Positions 9,068-16,850 of a stretch of DNA of 32,000 nt are shown piece after piece; position 1 is the first letter of the stretch; each line of letters begins with the position of its first letter. The notes beneath the pieces were generated by a model. That model was not told the DNA's origin and searched no databases. It saw only the letters and a program-made list of their open reading frames with translations. Position numbers and translations under genes: made by a program. This DNA is from a virus. The DNA lies in the IMG/VR virus record IMGVR_UViG_3300036768_001582, positions 30,087 to 62,086 of that record; one strand, given 5' to 3'.

Positions 9068-9300
9068 GACGCCTCCGGCTTCGGCGCGACGACGGTGGCG
9101 ACGTAGGGCTGGGCGGCGCCCGCGTCTCCGGCGCTCGCGGAGACGGCGCGGACGGTGAAGCCGCGCGCGACGAGCCGCGAGCGAATCTCCGCGCGCGCTT
9201 CGTCGTCTCCCATCGTCGGGATGTCGAAGCCGGGCTCCTCGACGGCCGCGACGTTCGGGGCTGCGCCGTACGGGAGGACGAAGAGGCGGACGCGGTGCAT
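9064..9300 (-). CDS. Hypothetical 78-aa protein
   Basis: ATG at 9300. GC-rich third positions. Its stop overlaps the portal GTG start. Confidence 0.55.
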   Translation of the reverse strand: MHRVRLFVLPYGAAPNVAAVEEPGFDIPTMGDDEARAEIRSRLVARGFTVRAVSASAGDAGAAQPYVATVVAPKPEAS

Positions 9301-9309
9301 GAGCGCACT

Positions 9310-9870
9310 CTACCTGGAGAGAGACTCCGAAGCCATCGTCAGTTCACCGACGCGCGTGAGGTACCGCTCCCACGGGAAGTGCGGGCCGGGGTCCCAGTGG
9401 CCGTGCCCCTTGTTGAAGGCGTCGGTCACGTCCTTGTGCCCGCAGAAGCCGCGCTGGCCCATCTGGAGCTGCTCCGGCGTGAGCTTGCACACGGGGATGT
9501 CCCACTTCAGGACGAGCTGCGCGGCGATGACCGCCGAGTGCTCCAGCACCGCGAGGGAGTACGCGTCGAGCCAGTCCTCCGGCTTTTGCCGCGCGTAGCC
9601 CGCGTGTTCGAGGCCGATGCCGTTGCTGTTCGCGCCGGGCGCGTGCCACGCGACGTCGGTGTCCTTCACGCACTGGATGACCTCGCGGTCGTCGATGCAG
9701 TAGTGGGCGCTCGCGCGCGGCGCGTCCTTGCCGGCGAACCACCGCGCGACGTTCCGCGCCGTCCCCGGTTTCTCCGGCGCCTCCATCGTGTGGATAACGA
9801 TGAGGTCGATGCGCTGGCGCGCCGCCGGCGTGAAGTTGCGGGCCTGGATGAAGTCGTACGTGGCGGACAT
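9310..9870 (-). CDS. N-acetylmuramoyl-L-alanine amidase (Amidase_2 / T7-lysozyme-like endolysin), 186 aa
   Basis: Motifs IDLIVIHTMEAP, SAHYCID, AWHAPGANSNGIGLEHAG and GHKDV...HWDPGP. Start re-placed at the internal ATG at 9870 (MSATYDF). The 82-codon ORF-track extension is Arg/Ser/Pro-rich and does not look like protein-coding sequence. Confidence 0.9.
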   Translation of the reverse strand: MSATYDFIQARNFTPAARQRIDLIVIHTMEAPEKPGTARNVARWFAGKDAPRASAHYCIDDREVIQCVKDTDVAWHAPGANSNGIGLEHAGYARQKPEDWLDAYSLAVLEHSAVIAAQLVLKWDIPVCKLTPEQLQMGQRGFCGHKDVTDAFNKGHGHWDPGPHFPWERYLTRVGELTMASESLSR

Positions 9871-9883
9871 GGCCGCCAGCGTA

Positions 9884-10165
9884 TCACGCGAGCGAGAGCA
9901 GGAAGAGCCGCACGCGGTCGGCCGCGCCGGCGGCGTCGAGCGCCTCCAGCGCCGCGCGCCGGTCGGCGTCGTGGGCGAGCGCCGCGAGCACCGCGCGGCG
10001 CGACGGAGCAGGGATGCCGGCGGCTTTGATGAGCTGCTGGGCGCGACCGGCCCACGCGGGGTACCAGAACTGGAGGACGCGGCCTTCGCGCCGATGCTCG
10101 ACGGGGACGCCGGCATCCTGGAGCTTGAGGGCGAGGTCGCGGCACGTCGTGTAGATGCGCTTCAA
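9884..10165 (-). CDS. Hypothetical protein of about 93 aa; start uncertain (TTG 10165 or GTG 10258)
   Basis: Strongly GC-rich third positions through to the stop at 9884. There is no ATG or GTG in frame after the upstream stop at 10206. Confidence 0.45.
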   Translation of the reverse strand: MKRIYTTCRDLALKLQDAGVPVEHRREGRVLQFWYPAWAGRAQQLIKAAGIPAPSRRAVLAALAHDADRRAALEALDAAGAADRVRLFLLSLA

Positions 10166-10205
10166 GCCTCGAAGCGTACCGCGCGCCCGGCGGGCTCCGC
10201 GAGCG

Positions 10206-10544
10206 CTAGAGGAACCCGAGCCGCTTCGCGATAGGCCCGCCGACGTACCACGTCTCACCGGCGTCCTGGAACGTCGCGACGGACCCCGCCGACTGGAGGA
10301 CGAAGAGCGCCGCGCGCACCTCGTCGCCGCTCGCGTCGCGAGCGAAGCGCTTGGCGAGGTACTCCGCGGTCACGCCGTTCTGCTTCGCGATGATGCGGCG
10401 GAGCAGCGCGGTGGCGAGCTGGTTCAGGCGCGCGTCCCCGCCGACGACGCCGACGAGGCGGTCCATCTCCGTCGTCGCGGCCTCCTGCTTCGCGCTCTGT
10501 CGGATGGCGGTCGCGTCGATTCCCCGGAGCAGCGGCCAGGGCAT
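10206..10544 (-). CDS. Hypothetical 112-aa protein
   Basis: ATG at 10544 in a TAATG overlap with the upstream stop. Typical codon bias. Confidence 0.6.
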   Translation of the reverse strand: MPWPLLRGIDATAIRQSAKQEAATTEMDRLVGVVGGDARLNQLATALLRRIIAKQNGVTAEYLAKRFARDASGDEVRAALFVLQSAGSVATFQDAGETWYVGGPIAKRLGFL

Positions 10545-10960
10545 TACTGGCCGCGCTCCGCGAGCCGTGTCGCCGCGGAGACGAACGCCTGCTCAAGGAC
10601 CTCGCCGTCGGCCACGTACACCTCGTACATCTTCATGTACTTCTTGTCCTCCGGGTCGGAGCCGCGAATGGGCACCGTCCCGCCCCAGACGACGCGGATG
10701 GGGTGTCCTTCGCTGATGAGCGCCGCGTCGATGAGCTGCATCAGGCGGACGCCGGAGAGCATGAAGGAGCCGCGCTTCGGGACGTGGATGAGCGCGACCT
10801 CGTACTGGCCGAAGCGGCCGTTGCGGAGCGTCCGGCCGCCGTAGTAGCCGAGCAGCTCCTCCCCGTTGAACTTCGGGCGCCGCGTCTTGGGCGCCTCGAC
10901 CTTCTTCCAGTCGAAGCGCGCGCGGAGCTGCTCGACGGTGATGTCCGGGATGTCGCTCAT
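10544..10960 (-). CDS. Hypothetical 138-aa protein
   Basis: ATG at 10960 preceded by GGGAAGAGA. Typical codon bias. Confidence 0.6.
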   Translation of the reverse strand: MSDIPDITVEQLRARFDWKKVEAPKTRRPKFNGEELLGYYGGRTLRNGRFGQYEVALIHVPKRGSFMLSGVRLMQLIDAALISEGHPIRVVWGGTVPIRGSDPEDKKYMKMYEVYVADGEVLEQAFVSAATRLAERGQ

Positions 10961-10990
10961 GCGAGTCTCTTCCCGCGCGCTGCTCGCGCT

Positions 10991-11620
10991 TTACGGGACT
11001 TGGAGGCAGCGCGCGATGGCGGTGAGGATGACCGAGTCCCCCGCCGCGGTGTGCTGCGCCTGGCAGCGGAATGCCTGGCGGACGCCCATGTTCACGCCGT
11101 CGTTGTAGAACGTGCCCGACGTGACCGGGAGTGTGAAGGGATTGCTCGTCGCGCACGAGCCGGCGAGCAGGACGTCCTTGTTGCTGAGGCACGTCGCGTA
11201 GACGTCGGCGAAGCCGGCCTGCGTGAACGCCGGAGACGGCGAGTTGACGGTGTACACCGTCGCGCGAGTCACCTGCGTGCCGTCGGCGCCCGCCGGACCC
11301 ATCGGTCCCGGAGCACCGGGCGGACCGGGAGGACCCATCGGCCCCACCGGACCCATCGGGCCGGCCGGTCCCGGGTCTCCGGGGTCTCCCTTCTCTGCGG
11401 CCGCGCCGTCCTTTCCCGGAGGGCCTGGCGGTCCCGGAGGGCCTGGCGGTCCCATCGGCCCCTCGGGGCCGGCCGGGCCGCTCGCGACGGCACCCGGCGG
11501 CGTGTTCTGCGGCTCGCACGTCGGAGCCGCGAGCGTCGTCGCGGAGCCCGTGGAGCCCGTCTTGTCCGAGCCGCACGCGACGAGCGCGGCGGCGAGAGCG
11601 ATGGCGATGTAGGTGCGCAT
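10991..11620 (-). CDS. Lipoprotein with a collagen-like Gly-X-Y region and a Cys-containing globular C-terminal domain, 209 aa
   Basis: Start re-placed at ATG 11620 with SD GGAGG 6 nt upstream. The signal peptide [16 protein letters not shown] contains the lipobox LVAC. About 21 GXY triplets ([25 protein letters not shown]...[37 protein letters not shown]). TAA stop. Confidence 0.8.
   Translation of the reverse strand: MRTYIAIALAAALVACGSDKTGSTGSATTLAAPTCEPQNTPPGAVASGPAGPEGPMGPPGPPGPPGPPGKDGAAAEKGDPGDPGPAGPMGPVGPMGPPGPPGAPGPMGPAGADGTQVTRATVYTVNSPSPAFTQAGFADVYATCLSNKDVLLAGSCATSNPFTLPVTSGTFYNDGVNMGVRQAFRCQAQHTAAGDSVILTAIARCLQVP
11282..11479 (-). repeat. Collagen-like Gly-X-Y triplet repeat (coding)
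   Basis: Two runs of GXY triplets, interrupted by AAAEK, read directly from the translation of 10991-11620. Confidence 0.85.
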
Positions 11621-11658
11621 AGGTGTCCTCCGACCGATGGACGGCAACGGCTGAGCCG

Positions 11659-12150
11659 TTATTCCCTGGACGGAGGAGCCGGCGACGTCGAGCGCGACCG
11701 GCGCACGTCCTGGAGCGTCCGGCGGCCCGGCGCGATGCCCTGCTCCCGGAGCCACGGATTGATGCGCGCGAGCACGCGAGCAGCGCGCGGCGCGGTGTGC
11801 TCGTTGTTCAGGATGAGCCCCTCGACGTCCTCCGCCACGGCGAGCATGTCGTCCCCGGCGTCGAGCCGCGCCCAGAGCGCGTCCCACTTCGCGTTCGCGC
11901 GGTCGGTGGGCGCCTCGCGCGAGAGGAACGCCGCGAGCGGCCCGTCCTTCTTGCGGCCGGTGCGCGTGTCGCGGAGCCCGCGGAGGGAGTCGGCGTAGCC
12001 GAGCAGCTTCCTCGCGGCCAGCTCCTCCTCGTACGCGTCGAAGCGATGCGAGCCGCAGCTCCCGCACTCCGTCGAATGGGTGTTCAGGCCGGCCGCGAGC
12101 GTCTCCAGCTCGTCGGCGATGGCGTTCAGGCGGTCGGCATAGGTAGGCAT
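11659..12150 (-). CDS. Hypothetical 163-aa protein
   Basis: Start re-placed at ATG 12150 (MPTYADRL), with AGAGGA 8-9 nt upstream. Confidence 0.6.
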   Translation of the reverse strand: MPTYADRLNAIADELETLAAGLNTHSTECGSCGSHRFDAYEEELAARKLLGYADSLRGLRDTRTGRKKDGPLAAFLSREAPTDRANAKWDALWARLDAGDDMLAVAEDVEGLILNNEHTAPRAARVLARINPWLREQGIAPGRRTLQDVRRSRSTSPAPPSRE

Positions 12151-12174
12151 TCGTGGGGTCCTCTGACGCCGAAT

Positions 12175-12200
12175 GCCCACCGCGCCGAAGCACGGTGGGC
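12175..12200 (-). promoter_or_regulatory. Stable intergenic RNA hairpin: 11-bp stem with a UUCG tetraloop
   Basis: The minus strand reads GCCCACCGTGC-TTCG-GCGCGGTGGGC (one G-U pair). It lies in the 70-nt gap between the 12221-12850 and 11659-12150 CDSs. No U-tract follows. Confidence 0.5.
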
Positions 12201-12220
12201 CGGAGCGGCGAGCAGCGCGG

Positions 12221-12850
12221 TCAGAGCACCGCGACGCCGCGGTCCCCGTAGACGACCGTGCCGGCGCGGAAGGAGCGCTTGAGCGCGCCCCAGAGCATCT
12301 GGCGCACGCGCGTCTTCTCGCTCGGGAGCTGCGGGACGGGGATGCGGTTGGCCTTCTTCTCCGCGTCGTAGCGGCGGCCGGGGAGCCCGCGCACGAGCGA
12401 CACGAACGTCTCGTTGAACGGCGTCTTCACGACCCAGAAGCCGGAGCCGTCCTCGAAGACCTCGACCTTGCCGATGCGGCGCGCGATGCGCTCCGCGAGC
12501 TTCTTGAAGCCCAGCTTGTCGAGCGCGGCGACGTACGCGGCGACGAGCGGCCCGTCCTGCTCGCACGCGATGCGGTACACGAGCACGTTCGCGCAAGCGC
12601 GCGCCTCCGTGCTGAGCGCCGCCTTCGCGGTCAGCTCCATGTAGACGTCGACGGGGAGCGTCGCGGCGAGCGCCGAGACGACCGCGACGACGTCCACCGC
12701 GACGTCGGGCTGGGTGAAGCCGTGCTTCTTGCGGCACTCGGGGCCAACGCCCGTCTCGACGGAGAGCGCGTCGACCAGCGGCCGCGAGCAGCAAGCGCAG
12801 AACGTCGCGACGAGCTTCGTCGCGGGCGCGTTCTCGTACCCGCCGCTCAC
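12221..12850 (-). CDS. 209-aa protein with an N-terminal DUF6011-like zinc-ribbon motif
   Basis: GTG at 12850 in a GTGA overlap. The motif CACCSRPLVDALSVETGVGPECRKKHG resembles the CxxCGRxL..S...GIGPxC signature of DUF6011 as I remember it. Confidence 0.65.
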   Translation of the reverse strand: MSGGYENAPATKLVATFCACCSRPLVDALSVETGVGPECRKKHGFTQPDVAVDVVAVVSALAATLPVDVYMELTAKAALSTEARACANVLVYRIACEQDGPLVAAYVAALDKLGFKKLAERIARRIGKVEVFEDGSGFWVVKTPFNETFVSLVRGLPGRRYDAEKKANRIPVPQLPSEKTRVRQMLWGALKRSFRAGTVVYGDRGVAVL

Positions 12851-13056
12851 GAGCACACCTCCACCGAGCGGACGCCGTAGCGGGCAGCGGCGCGGGTCGC
12901 CTCGCGGCGCGCCTCGGGGAAGGAGCCGTAGAAGCTGCGGGTGACGCTCTCGCCGGCGAACTGGAAGACCCAGAGCCCCTCGCCGCGGGGCTCGCGGCCG
13001 TGGGCGGCGCGATACTGGCTGGTCGAGACGCGAACGTGGCTGACGGGAACGGGCAT
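12847..13056 (-). CDS. Hypothetical 69-aa protein; first gene of promoter cassette P1
   Basis: ATG at 13056 with SD AAGGAG 7 nt upstream. A promoter-like element lies about 40 nt further upstream. Confidence 0.6.
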   Translation of the reverse strand: MPVPVSHVRVSTSQYRAAHGREPRGEGLWVFQFAGESVTRSFYGSFPEARREATRAAARYGVRSVEVCS

Positions 13057-13094
13057 CGGGCTCTCCTTTGCGGCCGCTTCGGGCCGTACAGAGA

Positions 13095-13123
13095 AGCCTA
13101 ATTCCGGCTTCGTACTCTTGCAA
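13095..13123 (-). promoter_or_regulatory. Sigma-70-type promoter P1 (-35 TTGCAA, 17-nt spacer, -10 TAGGCT)
   Basis: The minus strand reads GAAAAAAGAGATTCGGAAGACTTGCAAGAGTACGAAGCCGGAATTAGGCT. It matches the copy near 16800 at 40 of 41 positions. It lies in an AT-richer island and is followed by a GGCC-N6-GGCC hairpin and the AAGGAG SD. Confidence 0.6.
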
Positions 13124-13161
13124 GTCTTCCGAATCTCTTTTTTCGGCCAGCCGGAATTAGG
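13097..13161. repeat. Perfect 12-bp inverted repeat bracketing promoter P1
   Basis: cctaattccggc (13097-13108) and gccggaattagg (13150-13161) are separated by 41 nt. That spacer contains the -35 element, and the left arm overlaps the -10 element. Confidence 0.8.
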
Positions 13162-13793
13162 TGTATGGATTCGTAGAGTTCAACCACCTTCTGGCGGTAC
13201 TCATCCGGCCCGTTCACGAGCTTCGCGAGCGCGAGAAGCGCCGCGCCCGTCTCGTCGTCGCGCGACCCCCACCGGAGCAGCGTCACGAGCGGCCCGCCGA
13301 CCATGTCCGGGCGCTCTTCGCGCTCGTACCCGGAGCCGTCGAGCAGCTTGTAGGCCCAGAACGGGACCCAGACCGCGCGCCGGTCGGGCGCCTTCCCCGG
13401 GCGTCGGCGGCCAAAGGCCGTCCGCGTCGGGAGCAGCTCGATGCGCACGCGGCCGCGGAGCAGCAAGTCCATCCACGCCTCGACGCGCCACTCCTCGTAC
13501 CGCGACGACTCCGGCGCGAACGGCCCGAGAAGCCGAAGCCCGCGGCGGCGCGCGTCTCGCGCGAAGACGCCGGCGCGGTGGTGGTACGTCTCGACGTGCG
13601 CCTCCCATCCGCGTTCGAGGAGGACGCGGTCGCACACGAGGCACTTCAACTGGCGCTCTCCGCGCGGCGTCCGGCGCGCGTAGTAGTCGGCGGGGAAGGG
13701 GTACACGGCGTCCTTCGTGAAGGGGACGTCGTGCGGCTCGCTCCACGGCTGCATGACGCCGCGCCGGAGCCCTCGGGGAGTGACGACGTTCAC
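13098..13793 (-). CDS. Hypothetical 231-aa protein; its 3' end runs through promoter P1
   Basis: GTG at 13793 in a GTGA overlap, with SD GGAGG 5 nt upstream. The last 22 or so codons (..VELYESIHLIPAGRKKRFGRLARVRSRN) have AT-rich third positions and coincide with the promoter cassette. Confidence 0.6.
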   Translation of the reverse strand: MNVVTPRGLRRGVMQPWSEPHDVPFTKDAVYPFPADYYARRTPRGERQLKCLVCDRVLLERGWEAHVETYHHRAGVFARDARRRGLRLLGPFAPESSRYEEWRVEAWMDLLLRGRVRIELLPTRTAFGRRRPGKAPDRRAVWVPFWAYKLLDGSGYEREERPDMVGGPLVTLLRWGSRDDETGAALLALAKLVNGPDEYRQKVVELYESIHLIPAGRKKRFGRLARVRSRN

Positions 13794-14482
13794 GTGAACC
13801 TCCACCACGTGAGGAGCAGCGTACGGACGCCGCCGGGGCCTTCGAGGTCCATCGTGCTCTGGAGCGTCCGGAGCGCGTCGGGGCCGTACGTGTGCGCGTA
13901 CAGCGCCGCCTCCGCGCCCAGCGCGCGCTGCTCCGCGCTGCCGACGCGGAGAAAGCGCACGACGAAGCTCCATGCGTCGTAGACGTGCGGCGGGAGCCGA
14001 TAGTGGACGCTCGTGCGTGCGTCGCCGAAGCGCCGGAGCCCGAACGCGCGCTGCGCCCAGAGGAGCCGGTCCCCGTAGCGCCGCTTCACGAGCCGGCAGA
14101 CGCTCTCCGCGCTGACCTTGTACTTGCGCGTCCGGCGTCGTCCGCGCGCGTCGCGGCCCAGGTCCTTCTCGTACCAGCCCGGCGCCCGGAACCAGACGAT
14201 GCGGAGCGGGAGCGTGTCCGAGAACGGCGGCGCGCACACGAGCGCGGTCCATATGTGCTCGACGGCGGAGCTGATGCCGCTGTTCGGGCCGGAGAGCAGC
14301 GGACCCGCGACGCGCCATCCGGCGGCCTCGGCCTCCGCGGCCGTCTTCGGGATGGGGTACGGAAACGGCTTCCAGCCCGGCGGAGGGCTGTTGTGGTCGG
14401 AGCGCACGCCCTCGGGGAGCGACGCTTCGACCTCGGCATCCGACAGCGCCGCCGGCGGCTTCTTGACGGTGGGGACGGCCAT
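13790..14482 (-). CDS. Hypothetical 230-aa protein
   Basis: ATG at 14482 in a TGATG overlap. Typical codon bias. The ORF-track start was trimmed by 14 codons. Confidence 0.6.
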   Translation of the reverse strand: MAVPTVKKPPAALSDAEVEASLPEGVRSDHNSPPPGWKPFPYPIPKTAAEAEAAGWRVAGPLLSGPNSGISSAVEHIWTALVCAPPFSDTLPLRIVWFRAPGWYEKDLGRDARGRRRTRKYKVSAESVCRLVKRRYGDRLLWAQRAFGLRRFGDARTSVHYRLPPHVYDAWSFVVRFLRVGSAEQRALGAEAALYAHTYGPDALRTLQSTMDLEGPGGVRTLLLTWWRFT

Positions 14483-15135
14483 CACCGCACCTCGTCGAAG
14501 CGCGAGAGGACGGTGAGCTGCCACTCCTGCTCCGGCGGAGTCGGCGGCGCGAAGACTTCGCGCGCGAGCAGCGCGATGGCGTCGACGCGGCGCTTGTTCG
14601 CGTCGCGCCGGACGCTACACGATTCATCCTCGTCGACGGGGTACATGTCGAAGACGGCGAGCAGCGCCTTCATCGTCGTCACGTCGGCCATCGCGCGCTC
14701 CAGGAAGAGCCGCATCGACGCCTGGTCCTTCGGGACCTCCGAGCTGTCGCAGCGGCCCGCGCGGACGTCGGCCAGGTCCGGCTTCACCATCGGCCACTCG
14801 CGCGCGAACCACGCCGCCCACTCGGGCGCCCATCCGTCGTCGGTGAGCGAGCCGCGCGAGTCCTTCACCGTCGGCCAGTCGATGAACGGGAGGCCGAGCG
14901 CCCGCAGCTTCGACCGCGCGCTCCACGACGACGACCACCGAGCAGCCTTGAGCCGCTTGACGGCCGTTGCCTGCTGGCACCGCTTCGTCTTCACGTGGTC
15001 GGCGAAGCGCCCGCGCTCGACGGGCATCCCGCACCCGGTGCATTCGCGCCGCGTGAAGTGGTACTCCGGACGAGCGCGGAGCGCCGCGAGCATCTGCGCG
15101 ACGATGCGCGCCGCCGGCCCGACGATGTCGCTCAC
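14482..15135 (-). CDS. Hypothetical 217-aa protein with a CxxC...C zinc-finger-like element
   Basis: GTG at 15135 in a GTGA overlap, with SD GGAGGG 6 nt upstream. Motif CTGCGMPVERGRFADHVKTKRC. Confidence 0.6.
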   Translation of the reverse strand: MSDIVGPAARIVAQMLAALRARPEYHFTRRECTGCGMPVERGRFADHVKTKRCQQATAVKRLKAARWSSSWSARSKLRALGLPFIDWPTVKDSRGSLTDDGWAPEWAAWFAREWPMVKPDLADVRAGRCDSSEVPKDQASMRLFLERAMADVTTMKALLAVFDMYPVDEDESCSVRRDANKRRVDAIALLAREVFAPPTPPEQEWQLTVLSRFDEVR

Positions 15136-15530
15136 GACGAGCCCTCCGGCTTCGCGTACGCGAGCACCTCGCCGCCGTCGTCGGAGAGCTTCGCGAGGAA
15201 CGCGTCCATCGCGCGCTGCGTCTTGAGCACGCGGCGGCGCGGCGCCTTGCCGGGAACGCGGTACGCGACCTCGACGGCGTCGAACGCCTCGACGATGTAG
15301 CCGCGGGGGACGCCGGTGAGGCACGCGTTGCGCGCGCTCCAGAACGTGTCCCCGTCGCGCTCATTGCGCTCGAACAGGACGCGCTCGCCCTTGGCGACCG
15401 CCAGCCCGAGCTTCGTCGTGACATCGCGCTTCGCGACGCCGACCTGCATGCCGTCGAAGCGGCCGCGGTACTGCGGGAACGCGGAGACGGCGTCGTTGGC
15501 TTCCTGGATGAGCTGCTCGCGGGTCTTCAT
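15132..15530 (-). CDS. Hypothetical 132-aa protein; first gene of promoter cassette P2
   Basis: Start re-placed at ATG 15530 (MKTREQLIQ), with SD AAGGAG 8 nt upstream inside a leader similar to that of P1. Confidence 0.65.
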   Translation of the reverse strand: MKTREQLIQEANDAVSAFPQYRGRFDGMQVGVAKRDVTTKLGLAVAKGERVLFERNERDGDTFWSARNACLTGVPRGYIVEAFDAVEVAYRVPGKAPRRRVLKTQRAMDAFLAKLSDDGGEVLAYAKPEGSS

Positions 15531-15570
15531 CGTTGGGCTCCTTTGCGGCGTCTTCGCGCCGACCCAATAG

Positions 15571-15598
15571 AGCATACGGATTCTTCCGACTCTTGCAA
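15571..15598 (-). promoter_or_regulatory. Sigma-70-type promoter P2 (-35 TTGCAA, 16-nt spacer, -10 TATGCT)
   Basis: The minus strand reads CGGAAGACTTGCAAGAGTCGGAAGAATCCGTATGCT. It shares the 18-mer CGGAAGACTTGCAAGAGT with P1 and P3. The leader has a GGCG-N6-CGCC hairpin followed by AAGGAG. Confidence 0.55.
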
Positions 15599-15633
15599 GT
15601 CTTCCGCGGTCGATTCTTGGTAATTGGTCGAAA

Positions 15634-16059
15634 CTAGCGGGGATTCTGCCGCACGAAGACGTACGCCAGCACGTTCGGCGGAACGTCCGCGCGGCGCGGA
15701 GTCGTCGGGCTGAGCCGGCCGTCGAGCACCGCGAGCGCGAGCCCAGCGCGGACGTCGCGCGGCTCCAGCCCGTAGATGTCCCGGAGACGGGACACGAGCG
15801 CCGGCTCCTCGACGCCCAGGTGCCTGAACGGCGAGGCTGCTACGGCCTGGACGACGAGCGCCGCGGCGCTCTCCGGGAGCACCTGCGCGAACGTCGTCCC
15901 GCACTTCCGGCAGTTGCGGAGCCGGAGCGCGACGACGCCGTCATCCCAGAGGTCGATGCCGCTCGCGGGGAACGGGAGCGCCCACCACTCTTCAGCCGTG
16001 TACGTCGCGCCGCAGGCGCAGACGTGCGGCAAGCACGGCGGCCGGTCGGTGTCACCCAT
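15634..16059 (-). CDS. Hypothetical 141-aa protein with a Cys-pair (zinc-ribbon-like) N-terminus
   Basis: ATG at 16059 in an ATGGGTGA overlap. Motif CLPHVCACG...CRKCG. Confidence 0.55.
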   Translation of the reverse strand: MGDTDRPPCLPHVCACGATYTAEEWWALPFPASGIDLWDDGVVALRLRNCRKCGTTFAQVLPESAAALVVQAVAASPFRHLGVEEPALVSRLRDIYGLEPRDVRAGLALAVLDGRLSPTTPRRADVPPNVLAYVFVRQNPR

Positions 16060-16285
16060 GGGAGTCCACCGGGAACGTGAAGGACGAGACGTTCCAGCCA
16101 CCGTCGGGGCGACGCTCCTCGACGCCGACGATGACGCCGCCGGGTTCGTAGTCGTCGTCCATCGTGCGCTGCGCGATGCGGCGGGCTTCGGCTTCGTTCG
16201 CGGCGTCGACGTCGAGCAGCTCCCGCGTGAACGGGTTGCCGTTCCACTCCGCGCAGACGACGAAGGCGCGCAGTTTCGGCTTCAC
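16052..16285 (-). CDS. Hypothetical 77-aa protein
   Basis: GTG at 16285 in a GTGA overlap, with SD GGAGG 6 nt upstream. Confidence 0.6.
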   Translation of the reverse strand: MKPKLRAFVVCAEWNGNPFTRELLDVDAANEAEARRIAQRTMDDDYEPGGVIVGVEERRPDGGWNVSSFTFPVDSHG

Positions 16286-16542
16286 GACGCACCTCCGAAG
16301 AACGCGAGCGCGGCCGCTTCGGGCTTGTTGAGGAGCGGGTACGCGTAGCCGTGCGTGGCGCCGGACGCGCGGACGGCCTCCTGCGACGGCGCCAACTCCG
16401 TCGACACCTCGACGGAGTAGGAGCCCTTGCGGCAGCGGAGCGCCGCGACGCCGACGGGCGAGAGCGCGTGGACGGAGAGCACGGGCTTGTACCCCATCCG
16501 CGCGCACCACGCGCGGAACGCTGCCTTGACTGCGGCGCTCAC
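16282..16542 (-). CDS. Hypothetical 86-aa protein
   Basis: GTG at 16542 in a GTGA overlap, with SD GGAGG 4 nt upstream. Confidence 0.6.
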   Translation of the reverse strand: MSAAVKAAFRAWCARMGYKPVLSVHALSPVGVAALRCRKGSYSVEVSTELAPSQEAVRASGATHGYAYPLLNKPEAAALAFFGGAS

Positions 16543-16751
16543 TGGACCTCCACCGGCGTCGAGCCGTGCATGTTGACGACGTGCTCCGGCTGGCCAATCT
16601 CGCGCGCCGTCGACGTCGTCGTGATGCGGACGTAGCCCTGGCCGCACTTGAGCGCGCCGTGCTTCGCGACGTGCCAGCGGGAGTCGGTGGACCCCACCAC
16701 GCGGAACGTCTCGCCCCACTGGATGCTCTTCAGAGTGCGCTGCTTGGCCAT
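16539..16751 (-). CDS. Hypothetical 70-aa protein; first gene of promoter cassette P3
   Basis: ATG at 16751 with SD GAAGGAG 9 nt upstream. A promoter-like element lies about 45 nt upstream. Confidence 0.6.
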   Translation of the reverse strand: MAKQRTLKSIQWGETFRVVGSTDSRWHVAKHGALKCGQGYVRITTTSTAREIGQPEHVVNMHGSTPVEVQ

Positions 16752-16793
16752 CGTCGTCTTCTCCTTCGCGGCGTTCTTTGCGCCGGTTCAGAG

Positions 16794-16822
16794 AGCTTAC
16801 GGCCGGCTTCGTACTCTTGCAA
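16794..16822 (-). promoter_or_regulatory. Sigma-70-type promoter P3 (-35 TTGCAA, 17-nt spacer, -10 TAAGCT)
   Basis: The minus strand reads GAAAAAAGAGACTCGGAAGACTTGCAAGAGTACGAAGCCGGCCGTAAGCT. The leader has a GGCG-N7-CGCC hairpin followed by GAAGGAG. Confidence 0.6.
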
Positions 16823-16850
16823 GTCTTCCGAGTCTCTTTTTTCTATTCAC

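Noticed and set aside
10991-14627. ORF-track 5' extensions of minus-strand genes, such as 10991-12193 (400 aa), 13098-14627 (509 aa), 9310-10116, 24265-25128, 25064-25705 and 16847-17896.
   Set aside because: The extended parts overlap better-supported upstream genes in other frames and are Arg/Pro/Gly-rich. An internal start with a good SD or a GTGA/ATGA overlap exists exactly at the end of each upstream gene. I trimmed these ORFs to those internal starts.
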